Source: Patescibacteria group bacterium (GTDB lineage Bacteria; Patescibacteriota; Microgenomatia; JAMCZE01). From it: a stretch of DNA of 64,000 nucleotides. Shown here piece by piece: positions 28,799 to 37,864 of this stretch. The stretch is from the NCBI GenBank assembly GCA_023380635.1, contig JAMCRP010000002.1, forward strand, positions 108,093-172,092, given 5' to 3'. The position numbers were made by a program, and so were the translations under genes. Position 1 is the stretch's first letter. Each line of letters starts with the position of its first letter. The notes below the pieces were generated by a model. The model was not told where the DNA came from. It saw nothing but the letters and a program-made list of their open reading frames with translations, and did no database searches.

Positions 28799-29532
28799 TT
28801 ATTGACGGAAAAGCTATCGCTGCCCAAAGGGCAGAAATTCTAAGAAACAAGATACAAGTTTTAAGCAAAGCTCCAAAGCTGGCGATTGTTTTGGTCGGCG
28901 ACGACCCGGCCAGTAAAACTTACGCCAATCTCAAACTAAAAAAAGCTCGGGAGCTGGGTATTGATGCGGAAATACGCAAAGACTTAAATACCGACGCTGA
29001 CGGAATTATTGTCCAATTGCCGGGAGGAGAAAATCTGATAAAAGATATTCCCCCGGAAAAAGATGTGGACGGATTAACGGGAAAATCAAAATTTCTGCCG
29101 GCAACAGTGAAAGGCATTGTCACATTGTTAAATGGCTACATTGCAAAGAATTTTAACAGTGTAGCAATTCAACAATGCAACAATGTTACTGTGGTCGTGG
29201 TTGGTCAAGGTCGACTGGTGGGCAAACCCTTGGCGGATTATTTGGAAAAACGAAACTACAAGGTAATCCGCGGCGACATTAATACTCCCGACCTGAAAAG
29301 CGAAACTCTAAAGGGAGATATTCTGGTCGTGGCGACGGGAGTACCGAATCTAATTAAGGCGGATATGGTTAAACCCAGGGCGGTGGTCATTGATTGTGGT
29401 TCGCCAAAAGCCGAGGTAGATTTTGAAAAAGTAAAAGATGTCGCGGGCGCCATCACTCCGGTTCCCGGTGGCGTCGGCCCGCTGACGGTGATATCCTTGT
29501 TGGAGAATGTCGTGGAGGCCGCAGGTTCCTAA
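28795..29532 (+). CDS. folD: Methylenetetrahydrofolate dehydrogenase/cyclohydrolase
   Basis: IIDGK, GIIVQLP, KDVDG, VGKP, ITPVPGGVGPLT. Confidence 0.95.
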   Translation: MIIDGKAIAAQRAEILRNKIQVLSKAPKLAIVLVGDDPASKTYANLKLKKARELGIDAEIRKDLNTDADGIIVQLPGGENLIKDIPPEKDVDGLTGKSKFLPATVKGIVTLLNGYIAKNFNSVAIQQCNNVTVVVVGQGRLVGKPLADYLEKRNYKVIRGDINTPDLKSETLKGDILVVATGVPNLIKADMVKPRAVVIDCGSPKAEVDFEKVKDVAGAITPVPGGVGPLTVISLLENVVEAAGS

Positions 29533-31081
29533 GCCCATTTGGATAATCCTCATCATCGGAACGATTTTATATTTTCCGACGCTTTTCAATGGTTTTGTCT
29601 GGGATGATGAAGAGCAGATTTTGAATAATCCGCAGATATTATCGCTGGCAAACATTCCCCAATTTTTTCTAGGCAGCACTTTTAACAGCGGGGGGAGCGC
29701 CAATGGCCTAACTGGTCTGTACTACAAACCGCTGATGACCACAGCCTTTGCCCTTCTCGGTTCCACCGTTGGGCCGGTGCCGTTTTATTACCACGCTTTG
29801 CAGATGGCGTTGCATCTGGCCAATACGGTCTTGATTTACTTAATCCTCAAATATCTTTTTGAGAAATTCAAACTGGATACCCGCCTGTCCTTGGCAGCGG
29901 CGCTATTATTTCTAGTCCATCCGATTAACGCCGAAGCGGTGGTTTATGTGTCCGATTATCAGGAAGTCCTGTTTTTCCTCTTTGCCGCTTTAGCTTTCTG
30001 GCTAATTCTCCGGGGGAAAAATGTTTTCTATTCGAGTCTACTTATTTTGCCGTCGCTTTTGTCCAAAGAAACCGGAGCCGTCTTCGCCATGATTATTTTT
30101 GTTTATCTTTTCCTTTTTGACCGGAAAAAGGTCAGAGATTATGTCCAGGGTATCGCCGTGGTTTTGGGAGTCTATGCTTTTTTGCGGTTTGCTTTGGCCG
30201 GGATCGGATTCAATAAACACGGTCTGACACCGATAAGTACCATGAATTTTACGGAGAGGATGGTTAATGTGCCGCAGATTATTTTTACTTACCTGCGTAA
30301 TTTTTTCTGGCCAGCGAACTTGGCCATTAATCAGCAGTGGGTGGTCAGAAGCATTGACCCATTCATTCTTATAATTGACTTAAGTTTCTTAGGCCTCTTA
30401 AGCATTTTAAGTTTCTTAATATTTAAAAAAGCACGATCAATCCTGCCACTTTGGTTTTTCTTCTTAATTTGGTTTTTGTTGGGTTTGGGTTTTCATCTGC
30501 AATTCTTTCCGTTGGATCTGACAATTTCGGACAGGTGGTTTTATTTGCCGATTGTCGGGCTTTTGGGAATGCTGGCGGTTTTCGGGTCGCTTAGAAAATG
30601 GGGAATGTGGGGAGTTTGGGGGCTATGGATCGTGGTATTAGTTTTGGCCGGCAGGACCTGGGTGCGGGAGTTTGACTGGCGTGATGGGCTGACACTTTAC
30701 AGTCACGACATTAATTTATCGCCGAACGCTTTTGATTTGGAAAATAATCTGGGAGTGGAACTTTTCCGGGCGGGTCGGATTGAAGAAGCCAAGCCGCATT
30801 TTGAAAAATCGGTGGAGCTGTCACCGAAATGGTGGACCAACTGGAATAACCTGGGGGCTGTATATGAACAGGAGGGAAACCTGGATTTGGCGGCGCAGGA
30901 CTACCGCAAGTCAATTGATAACGGGCAATATTACTTAGCTTACCAAAACTATGCCGGAATTTTGATTAAAGAAAAAAAGTACACTGAAGCGAAGGAGTTT
31001 CTGGAAAAAGAGGCATTGCCCCGGCTGCCAAATAATGCCCGCTTGCAGGAATTGTGGCTGGCGGTATATAATATGAAGTAA
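29507..31081 (+). CDS. TMTC-like GT-C protein O-mannosyltransferase with TPRs
   Basis: FVWDD, YYKPL, FLVHPINAEAV, SKE, DRWFYLP; TPR C-terminus. Confidence 0.85.
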   Translation: MSWRPQVPKPIWIILIIGTILYFPTLFNGFVWDDEEQILNNPQILSLANIPQFFLGSTFNSGGSANGLTGLYYKPLMTTAFALLGSTVGPVPFYYHALQMALHLANTVLIYLILKYLFEKFKLDTRLSLAAALLFLVHPINAEAVVYVSDYQEVLFFLFAALAFWLILRGKNVFYSSLLILPSLLSKETGAVFAMIIFVYLFLFDRKKVRDYVQGIAVVLGVYAFLRFALAGIGFNKHGLTPISTMNFTERMVNVPQIIFTYLRNFFWPANLAINQQWVVRSIDPFILIIDLSFLGLLSILSFLIFKKARSILPLWFFFLIWFLLGLGFHLQFFPLDLTISDRWFYLPIVGLLGMLAVFGSLRKWGMWGVWGLWIVVLVLAGRTWVREFDWRDGLTLYSHDINLSPNAFDLENNLGVELFRAGRIEEAKPHFEKSVELSPKWWTNWNNLGAVYEQEGNLDLAAQDYRKSIDNGQYYLAYQNYAGILIKEKKYTEAKEFLEKEALPRLPNNARLQELWLAVYNMK

Positions 31082-31140
31082 TACGCACGTTTCGGCGGGT
31101 CCCTGAATCTACGCCGAACGGAGGACTAAGGGACAATTTC
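31082..31140 (+). promoter_or_regulatory. rpsB 5' leader (S2 autoregulatory RNA candidate)
   Basis: CGCAC..TTCGGCG/CGCCGAA stem with GGAGG; GTCCCT/AGGGAC alternative or pseudoknot pairing; TATAAT just upstream. Confidence 0.55.
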
Positions 31141-31142
31141 AA

Positions 31143-31922
31143 ATGACGGACATCACTCTAAAACAATTATTAGAGGCCGGGTGCCATTTTGGGCATCAGA
31201 CCAACCGTTGGCAGCCGAAAGCGGCTAGGTTTATTTATGGAGAGCGCGAAGGCGTTCATATTATTGACCTGACGAAAACCCGTGAAGGTCTGCTCTCTGC
31301 TGCCAAGTACCTTCATGACCTGGCCAAAAGCGGCGGCACGATTCTTTTTGTCGGCACCAAACGCCAGGCCCAGCCGGTCTTAACCGAAAATGTTGCCCGG
31401 ATGAAAGGAGCTCTGCCTGAAAATAGTAACTTTTACTATCTCACTAACCGCTGGCCGGGCGGAGCCCTGACCAATTTTGAAACTATTAAACACAATAATC
31501 TTGATTCGATCCTCAAACTTCGAGAAGACATTGCCAACAGCAACTTTGTCACTAAAAAAGAAAAACTTCTGGCCTCCCGGAAACTGGAAAAATACGAACA
31601 GCTTTATGGCGGACTGGTTGGTCTTTCTAAAATTCCGGACGCGATTTTCCTGGTGGATATTAAACGGGATGACCTGGCGGTTCGGGAAGCAACGCGAACC
31701 GGAGCGACTATCGTTGCTATTACCGACACCAACACCAATCCGGAACCGGTGAAATACCAGATTCCGGCTAACGATGATGCCGTCGGAAGTATTAAAATAA
31801 TTATGGATTACCTTGTTGATGCTTGGACTGAGGGCCGGCAGGAAGCGGTCAAGGATGCCGAAAAACAGGCCAAAGAGGAAGCCAAAAAGAAAGCAAAAGA
31901 AGAAAACGGCGAAAAGAAATAA
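31143..31922 (+). CDS. rpsB: 30S ribosomal protein S2
   Basis: LLEAGCHFGH, ILFVGTK, RWPGG, DTNTNP, IPANDDA. Confidence 0.97.
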   Translation: MTDITLKQLLEAGCHFGHQTNRWQPKAARFIYGEREGVHIIDLTKTREGLLSAAKYLHDLAKSGGTILFVGTKRQAQPVLTENVARMKGALPENSNFYYLTNRWPGGALTNFETIKHNNLDSILKLREDIANSNFVTKKEKLLASRKLEKYEQLYGGLVGLSKIPDAIFLVDIKRDDLAVREATRTGATIVAITDTNTNPEPVKYQIPANDDAVGSIKIIMDYLVDAWTEGRQEAVKDAEKQAKEEAKKKAKEENGEKK

Positions 31923-31963
31923 GCAATTTCCAAGAAACAAGATACAAACCAATAACTAATTTC

Positions 31964-32410
31964 ATGGTATCAGTAGATCAAATCAAAAAACTTCGTGAGC
32001 TTACGGGGGCCGGCATTGCTGATTGCCGGGAAGCTCTGGAAGCCTCCAAGGGAAATATTGAAAAAGCCCAGGAGATAATTAAGGAAAAAGGTTTAGCCCG
32101 CGCGGCCAAAAAAGGCGAACGGGAAACCCATAACGGCGTCGTCTTTTCCTATGTTCATGGCGGTCGAATTGGGGTATTAGTCAGCCTTTTGTGCGAGACT
32201 GATTTTGTCGCCAGAACAGATGACTTTCAAACTCTTGGCAAGGAAATTTGCCTTCAGGTAGCCTCCATGAAACCGGAAACGGTAGAAGATCTCTTAAAAC
32301 AGGAATCCATCCGCGATCCCAAATTGACGATTGATGATATGATTAAGGAAGTAATCGGGAAGTTGGGAGAAAATATAAAGGTGGGAGAATTTTCTAGAAT
32401 AACAATTTAA
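31964..32410 (+). CDS. tsf: Elongation factor Ts (short form)
   Basis: LRELTGAG, CETDFVAR, KLGENI. Confidence 0.95.
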   Translation: MVSVDQIKKLRELTGAGIADCREALEASKGNIEKAQEIIKEKGLARAAKKGERETHNGVVFSYVHGGRIGVLVSLLCETDFVARTDDFQTLGKEICLQVASMKPETVEDLLKQESIRDPKLTIDDMIKEVIGKLGENIKVGEFSRITI

Positions 32411-32502
32411 AATTTACAATTTAAAATTTGAACTGAATTTGAAAATTTAAATTTGAAATATTTAAAATTGATTTCAAATTTCGAATTTCAAATTGAAAAT
32501 TG
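32401..32502. repeat. AATTTGA-family degenerate heptamer array with inverted half
   Basis: AATTTAA AATTTAC AATTTAA AATTTGA ... TCAAATT TCGAATT TCAAATT. Confidence 0.75.
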
Positions 32503-32503
32503 A

Positions 32504-33046
32504 GTGGACGATATAACCGCGCAAGTTACTCCGAAATTTCAAAAGGCTATTGAGGTGGTTAAGCAGGATTTAAATACGATCCGCACCGGCAAAGCCTCAC
32601 CGCAATTAATCGAGAATTTAATCGTTGAAGCTTACGGGACCAAGATGAAACTGGTGGAATTGGCTACCATTGCGGCTACTGACGCGAATACTATTGTCAT
32701 CACACCCTTCGACCAGGCTAATGTGGAAGCGATCATTAAAGCTATTTCTGCGGCTAATCTTGGATTGACGGCTATTCCTGAAGATACCCGGGTCAGAGTT
32801 GTAGTGCCTCCATTGTCTGAAGAGCGCCGTCAGGAATATGTTAAGCTGGTTAAAACCAAAATTGAAGGCGGAAAGATTATGATTCGGCAGATCCGCCACG
32901 ATGCCATGGAAGATGTTTCTAAAGCCGAAGCCAATGAAGATGAAAAGGAACGCATGGAAAAAGAAGTCCAGGCGCTGACGGATAAAATGGTTGCCGAACT
33001 AGACACTCTGGCGCAAGCGAAAGAAAAAGAGTTAATGAGCCTCTAA
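32504..33046 (+). CDS. frr: Ribosome recycling factor
   Basis: IRTGKA, PPLSEERR, IRQIRHD, KEKELM. Confidence 0.96.
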   Translation: MDDITAQVTPKFQKAIEVVKQDLNTIRTGKASPQLIENLIVEAYGTKMKLVELATIAATDANTIVITPFDQANVEAIIKAISAANLGLTAIPEDTRVRVVVPPLSEERRQEYVKLVKTKIEGGKIMIRQIRHDAMEDVSKAEANEDEKERMEKEVQALTDKMVAELDTLAQAKEKELMSL

Positions 33047-34188
33047 TGATTTTAACGATTATTGTTTTTCTGGTTATTCTCTCTATTCTGGTTCTCGTTC
33101 ATGAAACGGGCCATTTTCTAGTGGGGAAATGGGCCGGAGTAGGGGTGGAGGAGTTTGCTTTGGGGTTGCCTTTTACGAAGCCTATACTGAGTAAAAAGTT
33201 GAAAGACGGGATGAAAATTTCGTTATACCCGTTGCTGTTTGGCGGTTTCGTCAAACTACTCGGTGAAGAAAATGAAAAAGAGCGCGTTTCCGGGATTAAG
33301 GGAAAATATTTTTATCAAATTAATGTCTGGCCGCGAATTGCCGTGGTCTTGGCCGGAGTAACCATGAATGTATTTTTGGCCCTGGCGGCCTTTTATTTTT
33401 TCCTGGTCCTATCCGGATTCAAAGTCTTAATTCCAAAACTCGCAGACTATAATTTCCGCAGCCCGAATCAGACGCTGGTAGTGGCCACTTTTGTGGCCAG
33501 CGGCAGTCCGGCAGATAAAGCGGGACTGCTGCCCAGCGATGTCCTGCTTTCGGCTGACGGGCAAAACTTCACGAAAATACCGGAGTTTCAATCCTATATT
33601 AAAGCCCATGCCGGATCAGAGGTAAAACTAAATGTTACAGATAGCACGTTGTCTACCAATAAAACCGTCACTGTTGTTCCCCGGGTAAACCCGCCGGCCG
33701 GGCAGGGGGCGCTGGGAATCGGTATTGGTGAAGCGGTCGAACTTAACTATGCCACGCCCCAACAGAAAGTCTTGTCCGGCTTAAGCTATGCCGTGGACAT
33801 GTTTGTTTATAACTTCAAAGTGATCGGCAGTTTGGCTACGGCCGCTTTCAAAACCAAAAATGTCGAGCCGCTCGCGGAATCGGTTTCCGGGCCTGTAGGG
33901 ATTGCTTCGGCAGTGGGAAGTATTTTGGACCTTGGTGGCAGTACCGCGGTAGTGCAATTAGTAAATCTGCTGGGATTATTGTCGCTCTCTCTGGCTTTCA
34001 TGAATGTTTTGCCGTTTCCAGCCCTCGATGGCGGCCGGTTCGCTTTTCTGTTCGTGGAAGCGGTCAGCGGTAAAAAACTCCCCGCGAAATATGAGAATCT
34101 GATCAATCAAATTGGCATGGGAATCCTGTTTATTTTTATTATCCTCGTCTCTTTCAGCGATATCTCCAAACTCTTCCTTTCCCGCTAG
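33046..34188 (+). CDS. rseP: RseP-like M50 intramembrane protease with PDZ domain
   Basis: HETGH, GGFVKL, SPADKAGL, NVLPFPALDGG. Confidence 0.93.
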   Translation: MILTIIVFLVILSILVLVHETGHFLVGKWAGVGVEEFALGLPFTKPILSKKLKDGMKISLYPLLFGGFVKLLGEENEKERVSGIKGKYFYQINVWPRIAVVLAGVTMNVFLALAAFYFFLVLSGFKVLIPKLADYNFRSPNQTLVVATFVASGSPADKAGLLPSDVLLSADGQNFTKIPEFQSYIKAHAGSEVKLNVTDSTLSTNKTVTVVPRVNPPAGQGALGIGIGEAVELNYATPQQKVLSGLSYAVDMFVYNFKVIGSLATAAFKTKNVEPLAESVSGPVGIASAVGSILDLGGSTAVVQLVNLLGLLSLSLAFMNVLPFPALDGGRFAFLFVEAVSGKKLPAKYENLINQIGMGILFIFIILVSFSDISKLFLSR

Positions 34189-34209
34189 CTTCCTGTTAAA
34201 CTTATAGAG

Positions 34210-35391
34210 ATGCGGCAAAGTCAATTGTTTCCAAAAACCATAAAACAAGCGCCGGCAGGGGCGGTGGCGGAAAATCACAAACTACTTGTTAGAGCGGGTT
34301 TTATTGATCAACTCATGGCCGGGTCGTGGACTCTTTTACCTCTAGGTTGGAGAGTAGTTAACAAAATTAACAACATTATCCGTGAAGAAATGAACGCCAC
34401 CGGGGCGCAGGAAGTCCTCATGCCTCTCATGCATCCAAAGGAAATCTGGGAAGAAACGGGGCGGTGGAACAGTGCTTCGGAAATAATGTATAAACTCAAA
34501 GATGTCCGGGAAAAAGATCTGGCGCTGGCTTTTACCCATGAAGAAATTGTTTTGGACCTAGTCCGTAAACATTTGGATTCGTATACCGACTTGCCGATTA
34601 AAATCTACCACTTCTCAACGAAATTCCGCAATGAACCCCGGGCCACCGGCGGAATTTTGCGCGGCCGGGAATTTATGATGAAAGATCTTTACAGTTTGCA
34701 TGCCAGCGAAGAAGACTTCTGGAAATATTACGAAGAGGTCAAAGAAGCTTATCTCAAAATTTTTTCCCGGCTGGGATTAAACGCCATTGTGACTGAAGCT
34801 TCCGGCGGAGTTTTCACCGACAGACACACTCACGAATTTCAGGTGGAAGCGGTTTCCGGCGAAGACACAGTTTATGTGGACAAATCCGGCAAAGGCGTTA
34901 ATAAGGAAATTTTTGATGGGGTGGAAGCGGAATACAAAAAAATCACCGCTATTGAGGTAGGCAATATTTTTGCTTTTGGGACCTATTACAGCGAGAAGAT
35001 GGGCGTGTATTTTACGGACAAGAACGGTCAAAAGCGACCGGTGTGGTTTGGTTCGTACGGCATCGGGCCAACCCGGGTGATGGGGACGATTGTCGAGATT
35101 TTCCATGACGACAAAGGCATTGTCTGGCCGGAAAGCGTTGCGCCCTACAAGTATCACCTGATTGGCCTCAATGGTAAAGGTGAGGATATATACAAAAAAC
35201 TTCTTGACGCCGGAGCGGAAGTACTGTTTGATGACCGGGATGTTTCTGCCGGAGAAAAGTTTGCCGACGCGGACTTAATCGGGATCCCATACCGGCTGGT
35301 CGTTTCGGATAAAACCGGAGATAAAATTGAGGTTAAGAACAGAAAAACCGGAGAGATCGAATTGCTAAAATTTGATGATCTTATAAAATGA
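34210..35391 (+). CDS. proS: Proline--tRNA ligase (no editing insertion)
   Basis: MRQSQLF, THEE, KFRNEPR..RGREFMMKD, GSYGIG. Confidence 0.95.
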   Translation: MRQSQLFPKTIKQAPAGAVAENHKLLVRAGFIDQLMAGSWTLLPLGWRVVNKINNIIREEMNATGAQEVLMPLMHPKEIWEETGRWNSASEIMYKLKDVREKDLALAFTHEEIVLDLVRKHLDSYTDLPIKIYHFSTKFRNEPRATGGILRGREFMMKDLYSLHASEEDFWKYYEEVKEAYLKIFSRLGLNAIVTEASGGVFTDRHTHEFQVEAVSGEDTVYVDKSGKGVNKEIFDGVEAEYKKITAIEVGNIFAFGTYYSEKMGVYFTDKNGQKRPVWFGSYGIGPTRVMGTIVEIFHDDKGIVWPESVAPYKYHLIGLNGKGEDIYKKLLDAGAEVLFDDRDVSAGEKFADADLIGIPYRLVVSDKTGDKIEVKNRKTGEIELLKFDDLIK

Positions 35392-35753
35392 TCAACAGTT
35401 CTGAGTATTGGGAAGGTCATTGTTCTCGCTCACTAGGACATACAATTTCTAGTGATAATCCTCAGAGAGTAGCTGCGTGGATAGTTAATCACACGCTCAG
35501 TAGTCGGGGTAATGATCTTCTTGGACGGTCGTTTACCGCCTGTAATAATTTTGAAATCCGGGGTAGCAATTCTGCAGATGTTCAGGTAGCCCGGGTTAAT
35601 TTTGATATATTTTTTAATAAAAATATTGGTGTTTTAGAAGGCATTGCCGGTCTTGATGGACAACTTCGGGAAGGAATCTTTCCCTGGCACTTTCTGGAAT
35701 TATTCTTAGGAGAATTGGAAAAAAAGCGAGTTAGAATAGACAGTTTTATTTAA
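35388..35753 (+). CDS. Hypothetical protein
   Basis: 121-aa ORF coupled to proS by ATGA overlap. Confidence 0.6.
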   Translation: MINSSEYWEGHCSRSLGHTISSDNPQRVAAWIVNHTLSSRGNDLLGRSFTACNNFEIRGSNSADVQVARVNFDIFFNKNIGVLEGIAGLDGQLREGIFPWHFLELFLGELEKKRVRIDSFI

Positions 35754-35817
35754 TTTGATCTATTTATTTCTGCTTTATCTCGCTTGATTTTCGGATAAGG
35801 TTTGGTAACCTGATTGG

Positions 35818-36057
35818 GTGATCCAGAAAATTGACCTGCCGGTTTCCGTTGCCTTTACCGATTCTCCAAAAAAACTTCTTTTTGAAGGCAGAGAACACTT
35901 AATTAAGAAAGTAGGCTATCACCATGTCTTTCGTGAAGGCCGAACCTTGTTCCATGTTTTTTCCGTGGCTTCGGACTCAATGTTTTTCCGGCTGGTTTTA
36001 AACACAGAAACGCTAAAGTGGCGCCTGACGGAGGTGGCAGATGGAGAGGTTATTTAA
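35818..36057 (+). CDS. Small beta-rich protein co-transcribed with dinB
   Basis: 79 aa, overlaps the dinB start. Confidence 0.75.
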   Translation: MIQKIDLPVSVAFTDSPKKLLFEGREHLIKKVGYHHVFREGRTLFHVFSVASDSMFFRLVLNTETLKWRLTEVADGEVI

Positions 36058-37285
36058 TCCTAAACCCGGGACTATTTTACATTTGGATCTGAATTCCTGC
36101 TTTGCTTCGATCGAACAGCAGGCCAATCCGTTTTTAAGGGGGAAACCGATCGTCGTCGCCGCGTATGATTCCCCCGGCGGTTGTATTGTCGCTCCTTCGC
36201 GCGAGGCTAAAATTTTGGGAATAAAAGTCGGCATGCGGGTTAAAGAGGCCCGGCTCATATATCCGAAGTTAATAGTTAAAACTCCGGACCCGAATAAGTA
36301 CCGGGCCGTTCATCTGCAGCTAAAAACTTTATTGTCAGAGTACACTGACGATTTTTCTCCGAAGTCCATTGACGAATTTGTTTTAAATCTGGAAGGGGCT
36401 CCGGTGACGCGAACGAAAAATGTTACCGAAGTAGCTTTGGAAATAAAACGGCGGATAAAAGCGGAAATCGGGGACTTCCTGACGGTTTCGATGGGGATAG
36501 CCCCGAACCGGTATTTGGCCAAGGTAGCTGCCGGGTTGCATAAACCCGACGGATTGGATGAAATTAATGAGACAAGCTACCGAGAAATATATTCGAAACT
36601 GGCGCTTATGGATTTGACCGGAATTAAGAAAAATAACGCTGTCAGGTTAAACAGTGGCGGCATTTTTACTGTGATGGATTTTTATAACGCTGATATGATT
36701 AAACTAAAAAACATCTTCGGGGGAATCTTTGGCTGGTATTGGCATTTAAGATTGCATGGCTTTGAAATCGACGATGTGGTTTTCGGGCGCCGGTCATACG
36801 GGAACAGTTTCTCGTTGCCAAAACCATACTCCACGCCGGAAGAGTTGGTACCTATTTTGGTAAAGCTTGTAGAAAAGACCGGCTTTCGGATGCGCCGGGC
36901 GGGATACTTTGCCCGCGGAGTACATGTATCGTTACTTTACCGCGACTGGTCCTATTGGCACCACGGCGAGAAAACGCAGGAATTACTTTTTGACGGCCGG
37001 GATATTTATCGCCACGCGTTCGGTATTTTGCTGCACTGTCCGTACCGTAAACCAGTCCATACTTTAGCCGTGTCTTGTTTTAATCTGGAGAATAGCGGCA
37101 ACCGGCAGTTGTCACTCCTCCAAGATTTAGATAAAAAAGAAAAAGTGGTCGAAGCGATGGATGAGATTAACGAAAAATGGGGTAACTTTGTGATTACACC
37201 GGCCATGATGCTGGGCACCAAAAGTTTAGTTCCTGACCGGATTGCTTTTGGGGGAATCAAAGAACTGGAAGAACTTTACGCTTAA
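36041..37285 (+). CDS. dinB: Y-family DNA polymerase (Pol IV-like)
   Basis: HLDLNSCFASIE, SIDE, AKVAA..KPDG, clamp-binding QLSLL. Confidence 0.93.
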   Translation: MERLFNPKPGTILHLDLNSCFASIEQQANPFLRGKPIVVAAYDSPGGCIVAPSREAKILGIKVGMRVKEARLIYPKLIVKTPDPNKYRAVHLQLKTLLSEYTDDFSPKSIDEFVLNLEGAPVTRTKNVTEVALEIKRRIKAEIGDFLTVSMGIAPNRYLAKVAAGLHKPDGLDEINETSYREIYSKLALMDLTGIKKNNAVRLNSGGIFTVMDFYNADMIKLKNIFGGIFGWYWHLRLHGFEIDDVVFGRRSYGNSFSLPKPYSTPEELVPILVKLVEKTGFRMRRAGYFARGVHVSLLYRDWSYWHHGEKTQELLFDGRDIYRHAFGILLHCPYRKPVHTLAVSCFNLENSGNRQLSLLQDLDKKEKVVEAMDEINEKWGNFVITPAMMLGTKSLVPDRIAFGGIKELEELYA

Positions 37286-37335
37286 GACCTCTCTTGCCCC
37301 CATTTATTAAAAGATTTACAATATCGCCAAGGCCT

Positions 37336-37662
37336 ATGGGGACTTGTGTTTTCTGTCGGATAATTAAAGGGGAAATACCAATGAACTTTGTTTATCAGGA
37401 CGAGGAAATCGCAATTTTCCCGGATAAAAACCCAGCCGCGCCGGTCCATTTGCTTTTTATCCCAAAAAAGCATATTTCAGATTTGACCGAAGCGCCGGAC
37501 GAGATGGTCTTAAAAATTCAGAATAAAATCTTAGAAAAAATAAGAGAATTAGGATTGGTGGAAAAAGGATACAGAATTGTAATCAACGGCGGAACGGCTA
37601 AAGCAATTCCGCACTTACACTTTCATCTGTTAGGACAGGTGGGAGTCGAAAGAAAAGTTTAA
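37336..37662 (+). CDS. HIT-family nucleotide hydrolase
   Basis: CVFCRII, HLLFIPKKH, HLHFHLLG. Confidence 0.93.
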   Translation: MGTCVFCRIIKGEIPMNFVYQDEEIAIFPDKNPAAPVHLLFIPKKHISDLTEAPDEMVLKIQNKILEKIRELGLVEKGYRIVINGGTAKAIPHLHFHLLGQVGVERKV

Positions 37663-37678
37663 GGAGGTGTTATGGTAA

Positions 37679-37864
37679 ATGGTAGTTGTCAAAGCACAAC
37701 CAGGACAATCATCGGATCAGGTAATTCGCGCGTTTCAGAAGAAGGTTCTCAATGAGAACATTCTTGACGAGCTTAAAAAACGGGAGTTTTATCAAAAGCC
37801 GGCGTTGGTGCGAAAAGCCAAAGCGATGGCGCGCAAACACCCAAACCGGAGACAAACCTATTAA
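37679..37864 (+). CDS. rpsU: 30S ribosomal protein S21
   Basis: IRAFQKK..ELKKREFYQKP; SD AAGGAGGTG. Confidence 0.93.
   Translation: MVVVKAQPGQSSDQVIRAFQKKVLNENILDELKKREFYQKPALVRKAKAMARKHPNRRQTY

Noticed and set aside
32401-32502. CRISPR array or replication origin
   Set aside because: No repeat-spacer alternation and no DnaA boxes recognised; it is a degenerate heptamer tract.
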